The notes under the pieces were generated by a model. That model saw only the letters and a program-made list of their open reading frames with translations. It had not been told where the DNA came from and searched no databases. Source: Oscillospiraceae bacterium (lineage in GTDB: Bacteria > Bacillota > Clostridia > Oscillospirales > Ruminococcaceae). From it: a DNA stretch of 64,000 nt. A program made the translations under genes and the position numbers. Shown here in pieces: positions 44,920 through 54,423 of the stretch (its first letter is position 1; every line of letters begins with the position of its first letter). The stretch spans positions 1,246 through 65,245 of the forward strand of contig JAFQIY010000031.1 of NCBI GenBank assembly GCA_017415165.1, written 5' to 3'.

Positions 44920-46443
44920 TTATAACTTTGCAAGTTTGCCGCACTGTTCTTTTACAGCAGGATAAATCTCATCATAAAGTCTGAAATACTTCTCGTAAAC
45001 AGGTACATTTTCAGCTACAGGCTCCTGCACCTTGTCAACGCCTACAAGCTTTTCGCAAGCCTCAGGAACTGTTGCGTAAACACCTGCACCAACAAGTGCA
45101 AGGATTGCTACACCGAGAGCTGGACCTTCCTTGGAGGAAGCTGTCTTGACAGGGCAAGCATAGAGGTCAGCGAGCATCTGTCTCCACAGCGGAGATGTAC
45201 CGCCGCCGCCGCAAGCCATCATATCGGAAACGCTGATGTTCATTTCGCGGCAGATTTCAACGCAGTCACGGAGGGAGTACGCAACGCCTTCCATTACCGC
45301 ACGGAGCATATCCTTTTTCGTGTGGATTGCGGAAAGACCGAAGAACATACCTCTTGCGTCAGGGTCAAGGTGAGGTGTACGCTCACCCATAAGGTATGGC
45401 AGGTAAAGCAGACGGTTTGCACCGATTGGCACTGTCTCAGCTTCCTTGTCCATAAGGTAGTATTCGTCAACACCCATAAGCTTTGCGGTGTCCTTTTCAG
45501 CCTGACAGAAATTGTCTCTGAACCACTTGAGAGAAAGACCTGCACCCTGAGTTACACCCATAATGTGCCAGCAGTTTGGTACAGCCGCACAGCAAGTATG
45601 TACGCGTCCCTTCGGGTCGATGGAAACCTTGGAAGTGTGTGCAAAAACAACACCCGATGTACCGATTGTTGTGAAAGCCTTGCCGTCTGTTACAACGCCA
45701 GTACCAACAGCAGCTGCCGCATTGTCGCCAGCGCCGCCCACAACAATTGTACCCTCAGCAAGACCTGTCAGTTCAGCCGCAGAAGCTGTAACCTTGCCAG
45801 TAACCTCGCAGGACTCGTAAACCTTTGCAAGCAGGGACATATCGATGCCCAGTGCGTCGCATACTTCCTTGCTCCAGCAGCGGTTAGGCACGTCAAGAAG
45901 CTGCATACCCGAAGCATCGGAAACCTCAGTTGCGAACTCGCCTGTGAGCATATATCTGATGTAGTCCTTTGGAAGAAGAATGTGGCGGCACTTTGCGTAA
46001 TTTTCAGGCTCGTTGTTCTTTACCCAGAGAATTTTTGCAGCTGTCCAGCCTGTGAGAGCAGGGTTTGCAGTGATTTCGATAAGCTTTTCACGTCCAAGCT
46101 TTTCGTTCATTTCGTCAACTTCCTTAGCAGTACGCTGGTCGCACCAGATAATTGACTTGCGGATAACCTCGCCCTTTTCGTCAAGCATTACAAGACCGTG
46201 CATCTGTCCCGAAAGACCGATACCAACGATATCCTTGTTGCTTACGCCGCTCTTTGTGATAACTGTCTTGATTGTGGATATAGCCGCATTGTACCAGTCA
46301 GCAGGGTCCTGTTCAGCGTAGCCGTTCTGCGGCTGATACATAGGATATTCTACTGTTGCGGAGGCAATAACCTTGCCGAGTTCGTCGAACAGAACGGTTT
46401 TTGTGCCGCTTGTTCCAACGTCGATACCAATTACATAACGCAT
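44920..46443 (-). CDS. xylB: Xylulokinase
   Basis: FGGY kinase (GIDVGTSGTKT), 507 aa, downstream of xylA. Confidence 0.9.
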   Translation of the reverse strand: MRYVIGIDVGTSGTKTVLFDELGKVIASATVEYPMYQPQNGYAEQDPADWYNAAISTIKTVITKSGVSNKDIVGIGLSGQMHGLVMLDEKGEVIRKSIIWCDQRTAKEVDEMNEKLGREKLIEITANPALTGWTAAKILWVKNNEPENYAKCRHILLPKDYIRYMLTGEFATEVSDASGMQLLDVPNRCWSKEVCDALGIDMSLLAKVYESCEVTGKVTASAAELTGLAEGTIVVGGAGDNAAAAVGTGVVTDGKAFTTIGTSGVVFAHTSKVSIDPKGRVHTCCAAVPNCWHIMGVTQGAGLSLKWFRDNFCQAEKDTAKLMGVDEYYLMDKEAETVPIGANRLLYLPYLMGERTPHLDPDARGMFFGLSAIHTKKDMLRAVMEGVAYSLRDCVEICREMNISVSDMMACGGGGTSPLWRQMLADLYACPVKTASSKEGPALGVAILALVGAGVYATVPEACEKLVGVDKVQEPVAENVPVYEKYFRLYDEIYPAVKEQCGKLAKL

Positions 46444-46467
46444 AATAATCGCTCCTTTAATTTAATT

Positions 46468-46495
46468 CGTAATGCGTAATTCGTAATGCGTAATT
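46468..46495. repeat. Four tandem heptamers CGTAAT[G/T] (also readable as 2.3 copies of a 14-mer) just upstream of the xylB SD
   Basis: The sequence CGTAATG CGTAATT CGTAATG CGTAATT was read directly. Confidence 0.8.
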
Positions 46496-46536
46496 GTCAG
46501 GCAAAATGAATTACATTGGGAGTCATATAAATATAT

Positions 46537-46555
46537 GGGCGGCAAAATGCCGCCC
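46537..46555 (-). terminator. GC-rich hairpin between xylA and xylB
   Basis: GGGCGGC-aaaat-GCCGCCC, with only a weak U-tract on the minus strand. Confidence 0.4.
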
Positions 46556-46562
46556 TTTGAAA

Positions 46563-47888
46563 TTAAAGATTAAACATAATGTTGTTGAGGATAGACTCAA
46601 GCATTTCCTGTCTGCCGGAAGAAAGGCTGTCAACAACCTCGCCCTTTTCGAGAGCGTACTTTTCAAGGTCAGCCATTGTTGCCTTGCCGCTGATGATATC
46701 AGCACCGATGCCTGTTGTCCAGGAAGCGTAACGGTCAGCAACGAACTTGTCAAGTCTGCCGTCGTCAATCATCTTCTGTGCAATCTTGAGACCGAGTGCG
46801 AATGTATCCATACCAGCGATGTAGCTGTGGAAAATGTCCTCAGGTGTGTAAGAACCACGGCGAGCCTTGGAGTCGAAGTTAAGACCGCCGTTTGTGAAGC
46901 CGCCTGCCTTGAGAACTTCGTACATACAGAGTGCAGCATCGTAAACGTTAGTCGGGAACTGGTCTGTATCCCAGCCGAGGAGTGTATCGCCCTGGTTAGC
47001 GTCGATAGAACCGAATGCACCGTTTTCTCTTGCAACACGGAGCTCGTGCTGGAATGTGTGCTGTGCAAGTGTAGCGTGGTTAGCTTCGATGTTCATCTTG
47101 AAATCATTTTCAAGTCCGTACTTGCGGAGGAAGCCGAGAACCGTAGCTGTATCGAAGTCATACTGGTGCTTTGTTGGTTCCTTTGGCTTTGGTTCAATGT
47201 AGAAATCGCCTGTGTAGCCGAGGGAACGAGCGTGTTCAACAGTCATCTTCATAAGACGAGCCATATTATCAAGTTCAAGACCCATATTTGTGTTGAGGAG
47301 AGTTTCGTAGCCTTCACGTCCGCCCCAGAAAACGTAGCCCTGACCGCCGAGCTTGATTGTAGCTTCAACAGCCTTCTTAATCTGTGCAGCAGCGAAAGCG
47401 AAAACGTCAGCGGAAGGAGATGTGCCTGCGCCGTGCATATAACGTGGGTGGTCGAAGCACTTAGCTGTACCCCAGAGAAGCTTCTTGCTTGGGTCAGCCT
47501 TCATCTTTTCAGCAACGTAATCAACGATTTCGTCGAACTTTTCGTTTGTTTCAGCAAGGCTGCCGTACTCAGGGGAGAGGTCACGGTCGTGCCAGCAGAA
47601 ATAGTCGATGGAAAGCTTATCCATAATTTCAAAAGCAGCGTCAACCTTAGCCTTAGCCTTTGCAACAGGGTCAGTTTCGCCCCAGCTCTTGTCAGTTGTG
47701 CCGCAGCCGAACATATCTGTACCATCGCCGCCCATAGTGTGCCACCAGGAAAGTGCGAACTTGAGCTGTTCACGCATTGTCTTGCCGCCGACTACCTCGT
47801 CAGGATTGTAGTACTTGAATGCAAGTGGGTTAGTGCTGTCCTTGCCCTCGTAAGGGATTTTGCCGATTTCTTTGAAAAATTCGCTCAT
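46563..47888 (-). CDS. xylA: Xylose isomerase
   Basis: [27 protein letters not shown]..., WGGREGY, 441 aa. Confidence 0.95.
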   Translation of the reverse strand: MSEFFKEIGKIPYEGKDSTNPLAFKYYNPDEVVGGKTMREQLKFALSWWHTMGGDGTDMFGCGTTDKSWGETDPVAKAKAKVDAAFEIMDKLSIDYFCWHDRDLSPEYGSLAETNEKFDEIVDYVAEKMKADPSKKLLWGTAKCFDHPRYMHGAGTSPSADVFAFAAAQIKKAVEATIKLGGQGYVFWGGREGYETLLNTNMGLELDNMARLMKMTVEHARSLGYTGDFYIEPKPKEPTKHQYDFDTATVLGFLRKYGLENDFKMNIEANHATLAQHTFQHELRVARENGAFGSIDANQGDTLLGWDTDQFPTNVYDAALCMYEVLKAGGFTNGGLNFDSKARRGSYTPEDIFHSYIAGMDTFALGLKIAQKMIDDGRLDKFVADRYASWTTGIGADIISGKATMADLEKYALEKGEVVDSLSSGRQEMLESILNNIMFNL

Positions 47889-47934
47889 ATGAGTTTCCTC
47901 CTTGATATGTATAATCCAATTTAAACCATTTTAA

Positions 47935-47950
47935 ATGCGGTTTACCGCAT
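47935..47950. promoter_or_regulatory. 16-bp palindrome in the xylA leader (candidate operator)
   Basis: ATGCGGT-tt-ACCGCAT lies 47-62 nt upstream of the xylA ATG. Confidence 0.35.
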
Positions 47951-48055
47951 ATCTATATTTTACATTGTAAACGATTTACTGTCAAGGGGTTTTTGTAAAA
48001 AATATATAACTAATTCCCATTATAAGTATGAGTGGAGCAACTTGTTGTTAATTAT

Positions 48056-48084
48056 TTGCAAAACGGAGTGTAATATGGTATAAT
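48056..48084 (+). promoter_or_regulatory. Sigma-A-type promoter of the esterase gene
   Basis: TTGCAA, 17 nt, TATAAT, with TGG upstream of the -10 element. Confidence 0.5.
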
Positions 48085-48168
48085 GTAAATAACCTGTAAT
48101 ATGCGGAAATATTGTTATTGCATCGGCATTGATTTACATAAAAATGAAAAAAAGAAAGGACGATAACA

Positions 48169-49083
48169 ATGGCATTACCTGATTTTAAAAAGATTGAACA
48201 GGACAAAAACGTAATTCCTGACTGGGCGAAATATATGAAGGACGGAGAGTTCATCAGCTACTCCACAACCTATCCGACACGCAAATATCTGTCACTTTTT
48301 GATAAGTACAGCTATCCCTGCAATGACACAGGCGATATCACTTATTATGTGTACGACCCCGTAAAGCACGGTGCTGACCCGAACGGCACATACCCCGTAA
48401 CAATGTGGCTTCACGGCGCAAGCAACTCCCTTATGGGTGACGGCTGTATAATGTGCTGCGGTGCAGAGCAGTACGCTTCACCGAAATATCAGCAGGAAAT
48501 GGGCGGTGCATACATAATCGTGCCACTTGCCAACGAGGAGCGTACCGAGGAAGGTCAGATTCTGAACGGTTGGGGCAAGGTCTATTCCGCACCTGTCAAG
48601 GCAATCTACGACAAGGTCTGCGAGGAGCACGCCGCAAACATAGGCAAGAAATTCGTTATGGGTGCGTCATCGGGCGGATATTTCACCTGGCAGCTGCTTG
48701 AAGATTACGGAAATTATTTCGATGGCGCAATTCCGATTTCTTCGGGATATATGCCATCATATGAAGCACTTGACCGCATTTCCGAAAGCGGAATAAATCT
48801 TATTATCGCTCACGGCAAGCACGATGAAATGGCAACCTTTGACGAGTGCATTGAGCCACATATTGCAAAGCTTGAAACGCTTAAAAACTGCCTGTTGTTC
48901 TTCCCTGAGTGGGTTTATAACGGCGACGGAGGTCTGTCCTCAGTGTTCTACGGCTTTGAAATGGGTCAGCACTGTATGATAAACTGGGTACAGAATAATC
49001 TTATGTTTGATAGCGGCACACCTGCCGATGAACGTCTGCCAAAGGGCGTAACAGGCTGGATAAAAAGTGTTGCTGAAAAATAA
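48169..49083 (+). CDS. Alpha/beta hydrolase (esterase-like)
   Basis: Nucleophile elbow GASSG, WLHGA oxyanion region, late HGKHDE and GQHC. Confidence 0.65.
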   Translation: MALPDFKKIEQDKNVIPDWAKYMKDGEFISYSTTYPTRKYLSLFDKYSYPCNDTGDITYYVYDPVKHGADPNGTYPVTMWLHGASNSLMGDGCIMCCGAEQYASPKYQQEMGGAYIIVPLANEERTEEGQILNGWGKVYSAPVKAIYDKVCEEHAANIGKKFVMGASSGGYFTWQLLEDYGNYFDGAIPISSGYMPSYEALDRISESGINLIIAHGKHDEMATFDECIEPHIAKLETLKNCLLFFPEWVYNGDGGLSSVFYGFEMGQHCMINWVQNNLMFDSGTPADERLPKGVTGWIKSVAEK

Positions 49084-49101
49084 TTGCAAAGGAAAATTAC
49101 T

Positions 49102-49761
49102 ATGCTGAAAATATATTTTGTCCGCCACGCAGAAGCAATGGGCAACGTGCAGGAATTCTTTCAGGGACGTACCGACTGCGAAATAAGCCCTAAAGGTGCA
49201 CGTCAGCTTGAATGTCTTGCGGAAAGATTCAGGGACATTCCGATTGAGAGGATTTATTCCAGCCCAATGAAGCGCACGATTTCTACTGCCGAAGCTGTAA
49301 ACAAGTACCACGGACTTGAAATAATCCGTAACGAAAAGCTTGTCGAAATCAACGGCGGCGTGTGGGAGGGTATGCCCTGGATTGACATTCCGAAGCGTTA
49401 CCCAAAGGAGTACGAGGTTTGGGAAAACCGTATGTACGATTTTGAAATTGAGAACGGCGAAAGCGTCCGTCAGGTTTACGAGCGAATGAAAGCCGCAGTT
49501 ACAGCAATCGCCGCAGAAAATCACGGCAGAACAATTGCTGTCGTGTCCCACGGCTGTGCGCTCAGAACATATCTCTGCTATGCAATGGGTATGCCCATTG
49601 AACGGCTTAAAGACGTGGGCTGGTCAGACAACACGGCGGTTTCCCTTGTGGCGTACGACGACAACCTCGTGCCGAAAATTATATTCCGCAACAACAACGA
49701 CCACCTGACCGATGAGCTTTCCACGCTTTCACATTCGGCTTGGTGTAAAAATCAAAAATAA
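49102..49761 (+). CDS. Histidine phosphatase family protein (phosphoglycerate mutase-like)
   Basis: The RHAE (RHG-type) motif at the N-terminus and VVSHG later. Confidence 0.8.
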   Translation: MLKIYFVRHAEAMGNVQEFFQGRTDCEISPKGARQLECLAERFRDIPIERIYSSPMKRTISTAEAVNKYHGLEIIRNEKLVEINGGVWEGMPWIDIPKRYPKEYEVWENRMYDFEIENGESVRQVYERMKAAVTAIAAENHGRTIAVVSHGCALRTYLCYAMGMPIERLKDVGWSDNTAVSLVAYDDNLVPKIIFRNNNDHLTDELSTLSHSAWCKNQK

Positions 49762-49818
49762 ATTTTTGATTCAGAATTGGACGAGTTCAAGGAAAAGTAA
49801 CTTTACAAGAGGTACAGA

Positions 49819-50346
49819 ATGATATATTATAATGATGGAACAATTTTAATCCGTGACCTGTGCGAAACCGACCCGAAAATATTTACCGAGGGTGAAATCG
49901 CACAAGGTTGGCACTCAACAACCGAAAAGCTTGAAATGCGGCTTAAAGATGTAGCCGAGGGGAGAGCAATTGCACTTGCGGCTGATTATAACGGCGAGCC
50001 TGCGGGCTATGTGAATGTGTACCCCGATTGTAAATGGGGGGCTTTCGGCGGAATGGGGTATCCCGAAATTGTTGATTTCAATGTGTTGTGGAAATTCCAA
50101 AGAAATGGTATCGGTACGAAACTTATGGACATTGCCGAAAAAATTGCCGCAGAGTATGCGGATATAGTTTATCTCGGCGTTGGTCTGCACAACGGTTACG
50201 GAAGTGCACAGCGTATGTATGTCAAGCGAGGATATATTCCTGACGGGTCGGGCGTATGGTATAAGGATAAGCCGTGCACGCCTTATGATACGATTTACAC
50301 AAATGATGATGACCTTGTTTTGTATCTTTCAAAAAAGCTGAGATAA
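49819..50346 (+). CDS. GNAT family N-acetyltransferase
   Basis: Acetyl-CoA motif FQRNGIGTKLM. Confidence 0.7.
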   Translation: MIYYNDGTILIRDLCETDPKIFTEGEIAQGWHSTTEKLEMRLKDVAEGRAIALAADYNGEPAGYVNVYPDCKWGAFGGMGYPEIVDFNVLWKFQRNGIGTKLMDIAEKIAAEYADIVYLGVGLHNGYGSAQRMYVKRGYIPDGSGVWYKDKPCTPYDTIYTNDDDLVLYLSKKLR

Positions 50347-50356
50347 AGGAGAACAA

Positions 50357-50833
50357 ATGCAGTACATAATCAGAAAAATCAAGGAAACAGAATATGACGT
50401 CCTGAACGATTTTATATACGAAGCAATTTTCATTCCGAAGGGCGTTGAGCCGCCGCCCAAATCAATCATTCAGAACGAGGATTTGCAGGTTTACGTCAGG
50501 GACTTCGGCAAATTTCCCGATGACCACTGCCTTGTTGCAGAAACGGACGGCAAAATCGTTGGTGCAGTGTGGACACGTATTATGAACGATTACGGGCACG
50601 TCGACGATGCAACGCCGTCCTTTGCAATTTCGCTGTATAAGGAGTACCGCAGCTTTGGAATAGGAACAGCTATGATGAAGCAGATGCTTGAATTGCTTAA
50701 ACAAAACGGATACAAGCAGGCTTCCCTTGCCGTGCAGAAAGCTAACTATGCTGTGAAAATGTATCTGAACGTTGGCTTTGAAGTTGTTGACGAAAATGAT
50801 GAAGAATATATTATGATTTGCAGATTGAATTAA
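50357..50833 (+). CDS. GNAT family N-acetyltransferase
   Basis: YRSFGIGTAMMKQ motif. Confidence 0.75.
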   Translation: MQYIIRKIKETEYDVLNDFIYEAIFIPKGVEPPPKSIIQNEDLQVYVRDFGKFPDDHCLVAETDGKIVGAVWTRIMNDYGHVDDATPSFAISLYKEYRSFGIGTAMMKQMLELLKQNGYKQASLAVQKANYAVKMYLNVGFEVVDENDEEYIMICRLN

Positions 50834-50850
50834 CATAAGGAGGACATCAG

Positions 50851-51519
50851 ATGAAAAAGTTTTTATCAATTCTTATTACCGCCGCAATTGCCTGTACGCT
50901 TACTGCCTGCGGAAATGGCGGTGAGGGGCAGGTGACAACGGCTGTAACAACCGTAAATCAAACAGAAGCAACAGAGTTATCAAAAGAAACAGTGTTGCCA
51001 GATGGATGGACAATGGATGAATTGAGAAACATCCTCATTATCAATGGACAAACGCTTACATTACCTACTACGCTGAATAAAATAATGGAACTGGATGAAA
51101 ATTTTTCATATGAAGCAGAGTATGTTGATGAAAATAGTGTGCTATATCAAGGTAAGAAAGGGTTTTATGTTGATGTAACTTACAATGATATTTTTATGTT
51201 TACAACATCTTTTCTTAGCGATATTAATGATGTAAACACAATTATTAATAATGATATTTCCAGTATTACATTTAGTGATAATAATTGTAAAAAAGCAAAT
51301 ATTAATATAACCACATCTTGTGGAATTGGTTTTTACAGTTCACAAGATGATATAACGAATGTTTTTGGTGAACCAAATGTTTATGATTATAGCGAGTCAA
51401 ATAGAAGATATGCTTTTAGCGACAATGATTATGAAATAAAGCTTTTTTTTGACATATATGAAAAAAACAATACTTTATCAAGTATTTCTATTTCGTTGTT
51501 AGAAAATGGAGGACAATAA
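50851..51519 (+). CDS. Hypothetical lipoprotein (AT-rich)
   Basis: Signal peptide with lipobox LTAC. Confidence 0.6.
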   Translation: MKKFLSILITAAIACTLTACGNGGEGQVTTAVTTVNQTEATELSKETVLPDGWTMDELRNILIINGQTLTLPTTLNKIMELDENFSYEAEYVDENSVLYQGKKGFYVDVTYNDIFMFTTSFLSDINDVNTIINNDISSITFSDNNCKKANINITTSCGIGFYSSQDDITNVFGEPNVYDYSESNRRYAFSDNDYEIKLFFDIYEKNNTLSSISISLLENGGQ

Positions 51520-51520
51520 A

Positions 51521-51946
51521 ATGCGTATAATGTCAGTAGACTTCGGCGACAGCCGAACAGGAATTGCCGTTTGCGACAAGAGCGAAATGCTTGCTTCGCC
51601 CCTTACGGTAATCACCGAGTACAACTTTCAGCGCTGTGCTGAAAAGGTTGCCGAGCTTGCACAAAAGGAAAAAGCCGAGCTGATTGTAGTCGGCTACCCT
51701 AAAAATATGAACGGAACAACGGGCGAGCGTGCCGAGAAGTGTGCCGAGTTTGCACGCCTTGCAGGTGAGCTTTCGGGAATCCCAACTGAGCTTTGGGACG
51801 AGCGCCGCACAACCGTTACCGCACACAACTACCTCAACGAAACCAACGTCCGTGGCAAGAAGCGCAAGGCTGTTGTTGACGCTGTTGCCGCAACGATTAT
51901 TCTTGAAACTTATCTCGCTTACCGAAAGAACCAAAAAGCTCTTTAA
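51521..51946 (+). CDS. ruvX: Holliday-junction-resolvase-like nuclease RuvX/YqgF
   Basis: MRIMSVDFGDSRTGIAV... Confidence 0.9.
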   Translation: MRIMSVDFGDSRTGIAVCDKSEMLASPLTVITEYNFQRCAEKVAELAQKEKAELIVVGYPKNMNGTTGERAEKCAEFARLAGELSGIPTELWDERRTTVTAHNYLNETNVRGKKRKAVVDAVAATIILETYLAYRKNQKAL

Positions 51947-52271
51947 ACCCGATAAGCAGGATAAACCCCGCAAAAATCTTCCGCAGAAGCGGCGAGCCGA
52001 TGTATCGTGCCAAAGCCGCACCTGCCAATGCAAATATCACTCCCGTCACCAGCGACGGGAGTATTTTTTTCCACTCAACAAGCCCGTTTTTGCTGTGAAT
52101 TATCACCGACAGCAACGCAATCGGCAAAAAGTAAATCAGGTTTATTCCTTGTGCGGAAAGCTGGTCGAAGCCACCGAAAACCGTCAGGTAAATTATCAGC
52201 ACCATCCCTCCGCCGACTCCGAGAGAGGCGAGGACTCCCGTCACAAAAGCCGCAATGTACGCCCATATCAC
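51897..52271 (-). CDS. Half-size TSUP (TauE/SafE) family membrane protein, second of a pair
   Basis: The GTG start overlaps the upstream TGA (GTGA), and GGGAGGGAGGA lies upstream. It carries the GVGGGMV motif. Confidence 0.65.
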   Translation of the reverse strand: MIWAYIAAFVTGVLASLGVGGGMVLIIYLTVFGGFDQLSAQGINLIYFLPIALLSVIIHSKNGLVEWKKILPSLVTGVIFALAGAALARYIGSPLLRKIFAGFILLIGFKELFGSFGKRDKFQE

Positions 52272-52624
52272 AGCAGCAACATCCTCCCTCCCGAAATTAT
52301 CAGCAGTACGCCGAATATCCGCTTCAAAAGCTTTGTTGGTATCCTTTTCATCAGCAGACTTCCCAGCACCGCCCCCGCAAGTCCAAGCGGAATAAGCTTC
52401 AGCGTGTATTCCCACTGAAAGCTTCCCTCGCTTGCGTAGAAAAATGCCGACACCAACGACAACGGCAGCGTAAGCGCAAGGGAAGTTGCGTGAGAATTTT
52501 TAGTCGGCACGTCGCCTTTTTGCAACATCGGTACGGCAACAATTCCGCCGCCTGACCCGAAAAGTCCGTTGCACACTCCCGTTACTGCACCAAGTATGGA
52601 AAAATAAAGCTTGCCCTTTTTCAT
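52268..52624 (-). CDS. Half-size TSUP (TauE/SafE) family membrane protein, first of a pair
   Basis: GLFGSGGGIVAVPML motif; 118 aa. Confidence 0.7.
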   Translation of the reverse strand: MKKGKLYFSILGAVTGVCNGLFGSGGGIVAVPMLQKGDVPTKNSHATSLALTLPLSLVSAFFYASEGSFQWEYTLKLIPLGLAGAVLGSLLMKRIPTKLLKRIFGVLLIISGGRMLLL

Positions 52625-52680
52625 AACAAATCACCTTGCAGTAGTATCTGCAAATCTGGCGGAAATATGCAGAAATAAAT

Positions 52681-52712
52681 AAGGGTACCGAACTCTGGTG
52701 TTCGATACCCTT
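52681..52712 (-). terminator. Terminator downstream of pyrD
   Basis: AAGGGTACCGAAC...GTTCGATACCCTT (one mismatch), with T-rich tracts on both strands. Confidence 0.6.
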
Positions 52713-52719
52713 GATTTTT

Positions 52720-53640
52720 TTACCACGGCTGTACAGTACCAACAATGTCCTGCAAGCTGTTCAACTTGTTGTCAGCAACATACTTTTCAAGTCCCTCGAT
52801 AATCTCAACGGGAGCCATCGGGTTGGAGAAAAGTGCCGCACCAATCTGTACTGTCTGTGCGCCAGCCATCATCATTTCAACAACATCTTCCCAGCGTGAA
52901 ATACCGCCCATACCGCATACGGGGATATTTACTGCATTGGCAACCTGCCAAACCATTCTTACCGCAACAGGGAAGATAGCAGGACCCGAAAGTCCACCCA
53001 CGTTGTTGTGGAGAATTGGTCTGCGGGTCTTTATGTCAATGCGCATACCGAGAAGTGTGTTGATAAGGGAAACTGCGTCAGCACCCTCAGCTTCAACAGC
53101 CTTTGCAATTTCAGCAATGTTTGTAACGTTAGGGGAAAGCTTCATCATAACAGGCTTGCTTGTTGCCGCTCTTACGATTTTTGTGATAGAAGCCGCACCC
53201 TCACAGCTTACACCGAAAGCCGCACCGCCTGCCTTTACGTTAGGACAGGAAATATTTACCTCAATCATATCAACGTCTGTGCTGTCAAGCTTTTCAGCAA
53301 TTTCACGGTACTCGTCAGCTGTTGAGCCTGCAATGTTAGCAATTACAACTGTGTCCTTCGTTTTGAGGTTAGGAAGTTCAACTGCAATAAAGTGGTCAAC
53401 ACCAGGATTCTGGAGTCCCACGCTGTTAAGCATACCGCTTGGAGTTTCGGCAATTCTTGGCGGAAGGTTACCTGTACGCTGTTTCGGAGTAGTACCCTTT
53501 ACGGAGATACCGCCGAGAGTTGACAGGGGATAGAAGTGCTCGAATTCACGTCCGTAGCCGAATGCACCCGAAGCAGGGATAAGCGGATTTTTGAAGTCCA
53601 CGCCGCAGAAATTCACGGCAAGCTTGTTTGAATTACTCAT
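52720..53640 (-). CDS. pyrD: Dihydroorotate dehydrogenase B, catalytic subunit
   Basis: MSNSNKLAVNFCGVDFKNPLIPASGAFGYG. The start overlaps the pyrK stop. Confidence 0.93.
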   Translation of the reverse strand: MSNSNKLAVNFCGVDFKNPLIPASGAFGYGREFEHFYPLSTLGGISVKGTTPKQRTGNLPPRIAETPSGMLNSVGLQNPGVDHFIAVELPNLKTKDTVVIANIAGSTADEYREIAEKLDSTDVDMIEVNISCPNVKAGGAAFGVSCEGAASITKIVRAATSKPVMMKLSPNVTNIAEIAKAVEAEGADAVSLINTLLGMRIDIKTRRPILHNNVGGLSGPAIFPVAVRMVWQVANAVNIPVCGMGGISRWEDVVEMMMAGAQTVQIGAALFSNPMAPVEIIEGLEKYVADNKLNSLQDIVGTVQPW

Positions 53641-54409
53641 CGAAAAGCACCTCCTCAGCATTGAAAACAGGGCCGTCCTTGCAGACGTGAGCGTAATACT
53701 CGTTGCCGTCACGGATTGTTCTGCAAGCACAAACGAGGCACGCACCAACACCGCAGCCCATTCTTTCTTCAAGGGAAACCTGACACTTTACGCCGTTTTC
53801 CTTTGCGATTTCAATAATTCTGCGGAGCATCACGTTTGGTCCGCAAGCGTAGATTACGTCAGGCTTTTTGGAAGCAAGAACTTCCTTGAGGGCGTCTGTT
53901 ACGAAGCCCTTTCTGCCTGCTGAGCCGTCATCTGTGCAGAGGATAGTTTCTGCACCTGTTGCGGCGAAATCCTCCTGCAAAATTACAGCGGAAGCGTTTC
54001 TGTAGCCGCTGATTACAGTAGCATTCTTGCCGAAATTTTCAGCAACCGCAAGCATTGGAGGGTTACCGATACCGCCGCCGATGATGACAGCAGTTTCGTG
54101 ACCATCCATCTCGAAGCCACGTCCGCCGAGAGGTGCAACAATATCAATCATTGCGCCCTCTGCAAGCTGGGACATAACCTTCGTACCCTCACCTCTTACC
54201 TCGAAGATAATTCGGAGAGTACCCTTATTCTTGTCAATAGAGCAAATGGAAATCGGGCGGCGGAGCATAAAGCCGTCAACCTTGACGTTGACAAACTGAC
54301 CTGCCACAGCCGCTTCTGCAACATCGGGGCAGAGAATTGTCAGGTCATAGATTTCCTTTGCAAGTGTTTTCTTTGAGAGGATAAGATATTTACCCTGTGT
54401 GTATTTCAT
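53633..54409 (-). CDS. pyrK: Dihydroorotate dehydrogenase B, electron-transfer subunit
   Basis: FAD/NAD-binding fold plus the C-terminal 2Fe-2S motif CGVGACLVCAC...C. Confidence 0.9.
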   Translation of the reverse strand: MKYTQGKYLILSKKTLAKEIYDLTILCPDVAEAAVAGQFVNVKVDGFMLRRPISICSIDKNKGTLRIIFEVRGEGTKVMSQLAEGAMIDIVAPLGGRGFEMDGHETAVIIGGGIGNPPMLAVAENFGKNATVISGYRNASAVILQEDFAATGAETILCTDDGSAGRKGFVTDALKEVLASKKPDVIYACGPNVMLRRIIEIAKENGVKCQVSLEERMGCGVGACLVCACRTIRDGNEYYAHVCKDGPVFNAEEVLFDE

Positions 54410-54423
54410 TGGGAGTCCTCCTT

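Noticed and set aside
46464-46495. Tandem repeat as a mini-CRISPR or mobile-element end.
   Set aside because: There are only 28-32 nt of 7- or 14-nt units with no spacers, no cas genes and no flanking inverted repeats.
51729-52555. Plus-strand ORFs of 229 and 182 aa opposite the TSUP genes.
   Set aside because: The translations are Arg/Ser/Pro/Gln-rich with no motifs. The opposite strand encodes recognisable TSUP membrane proteins.
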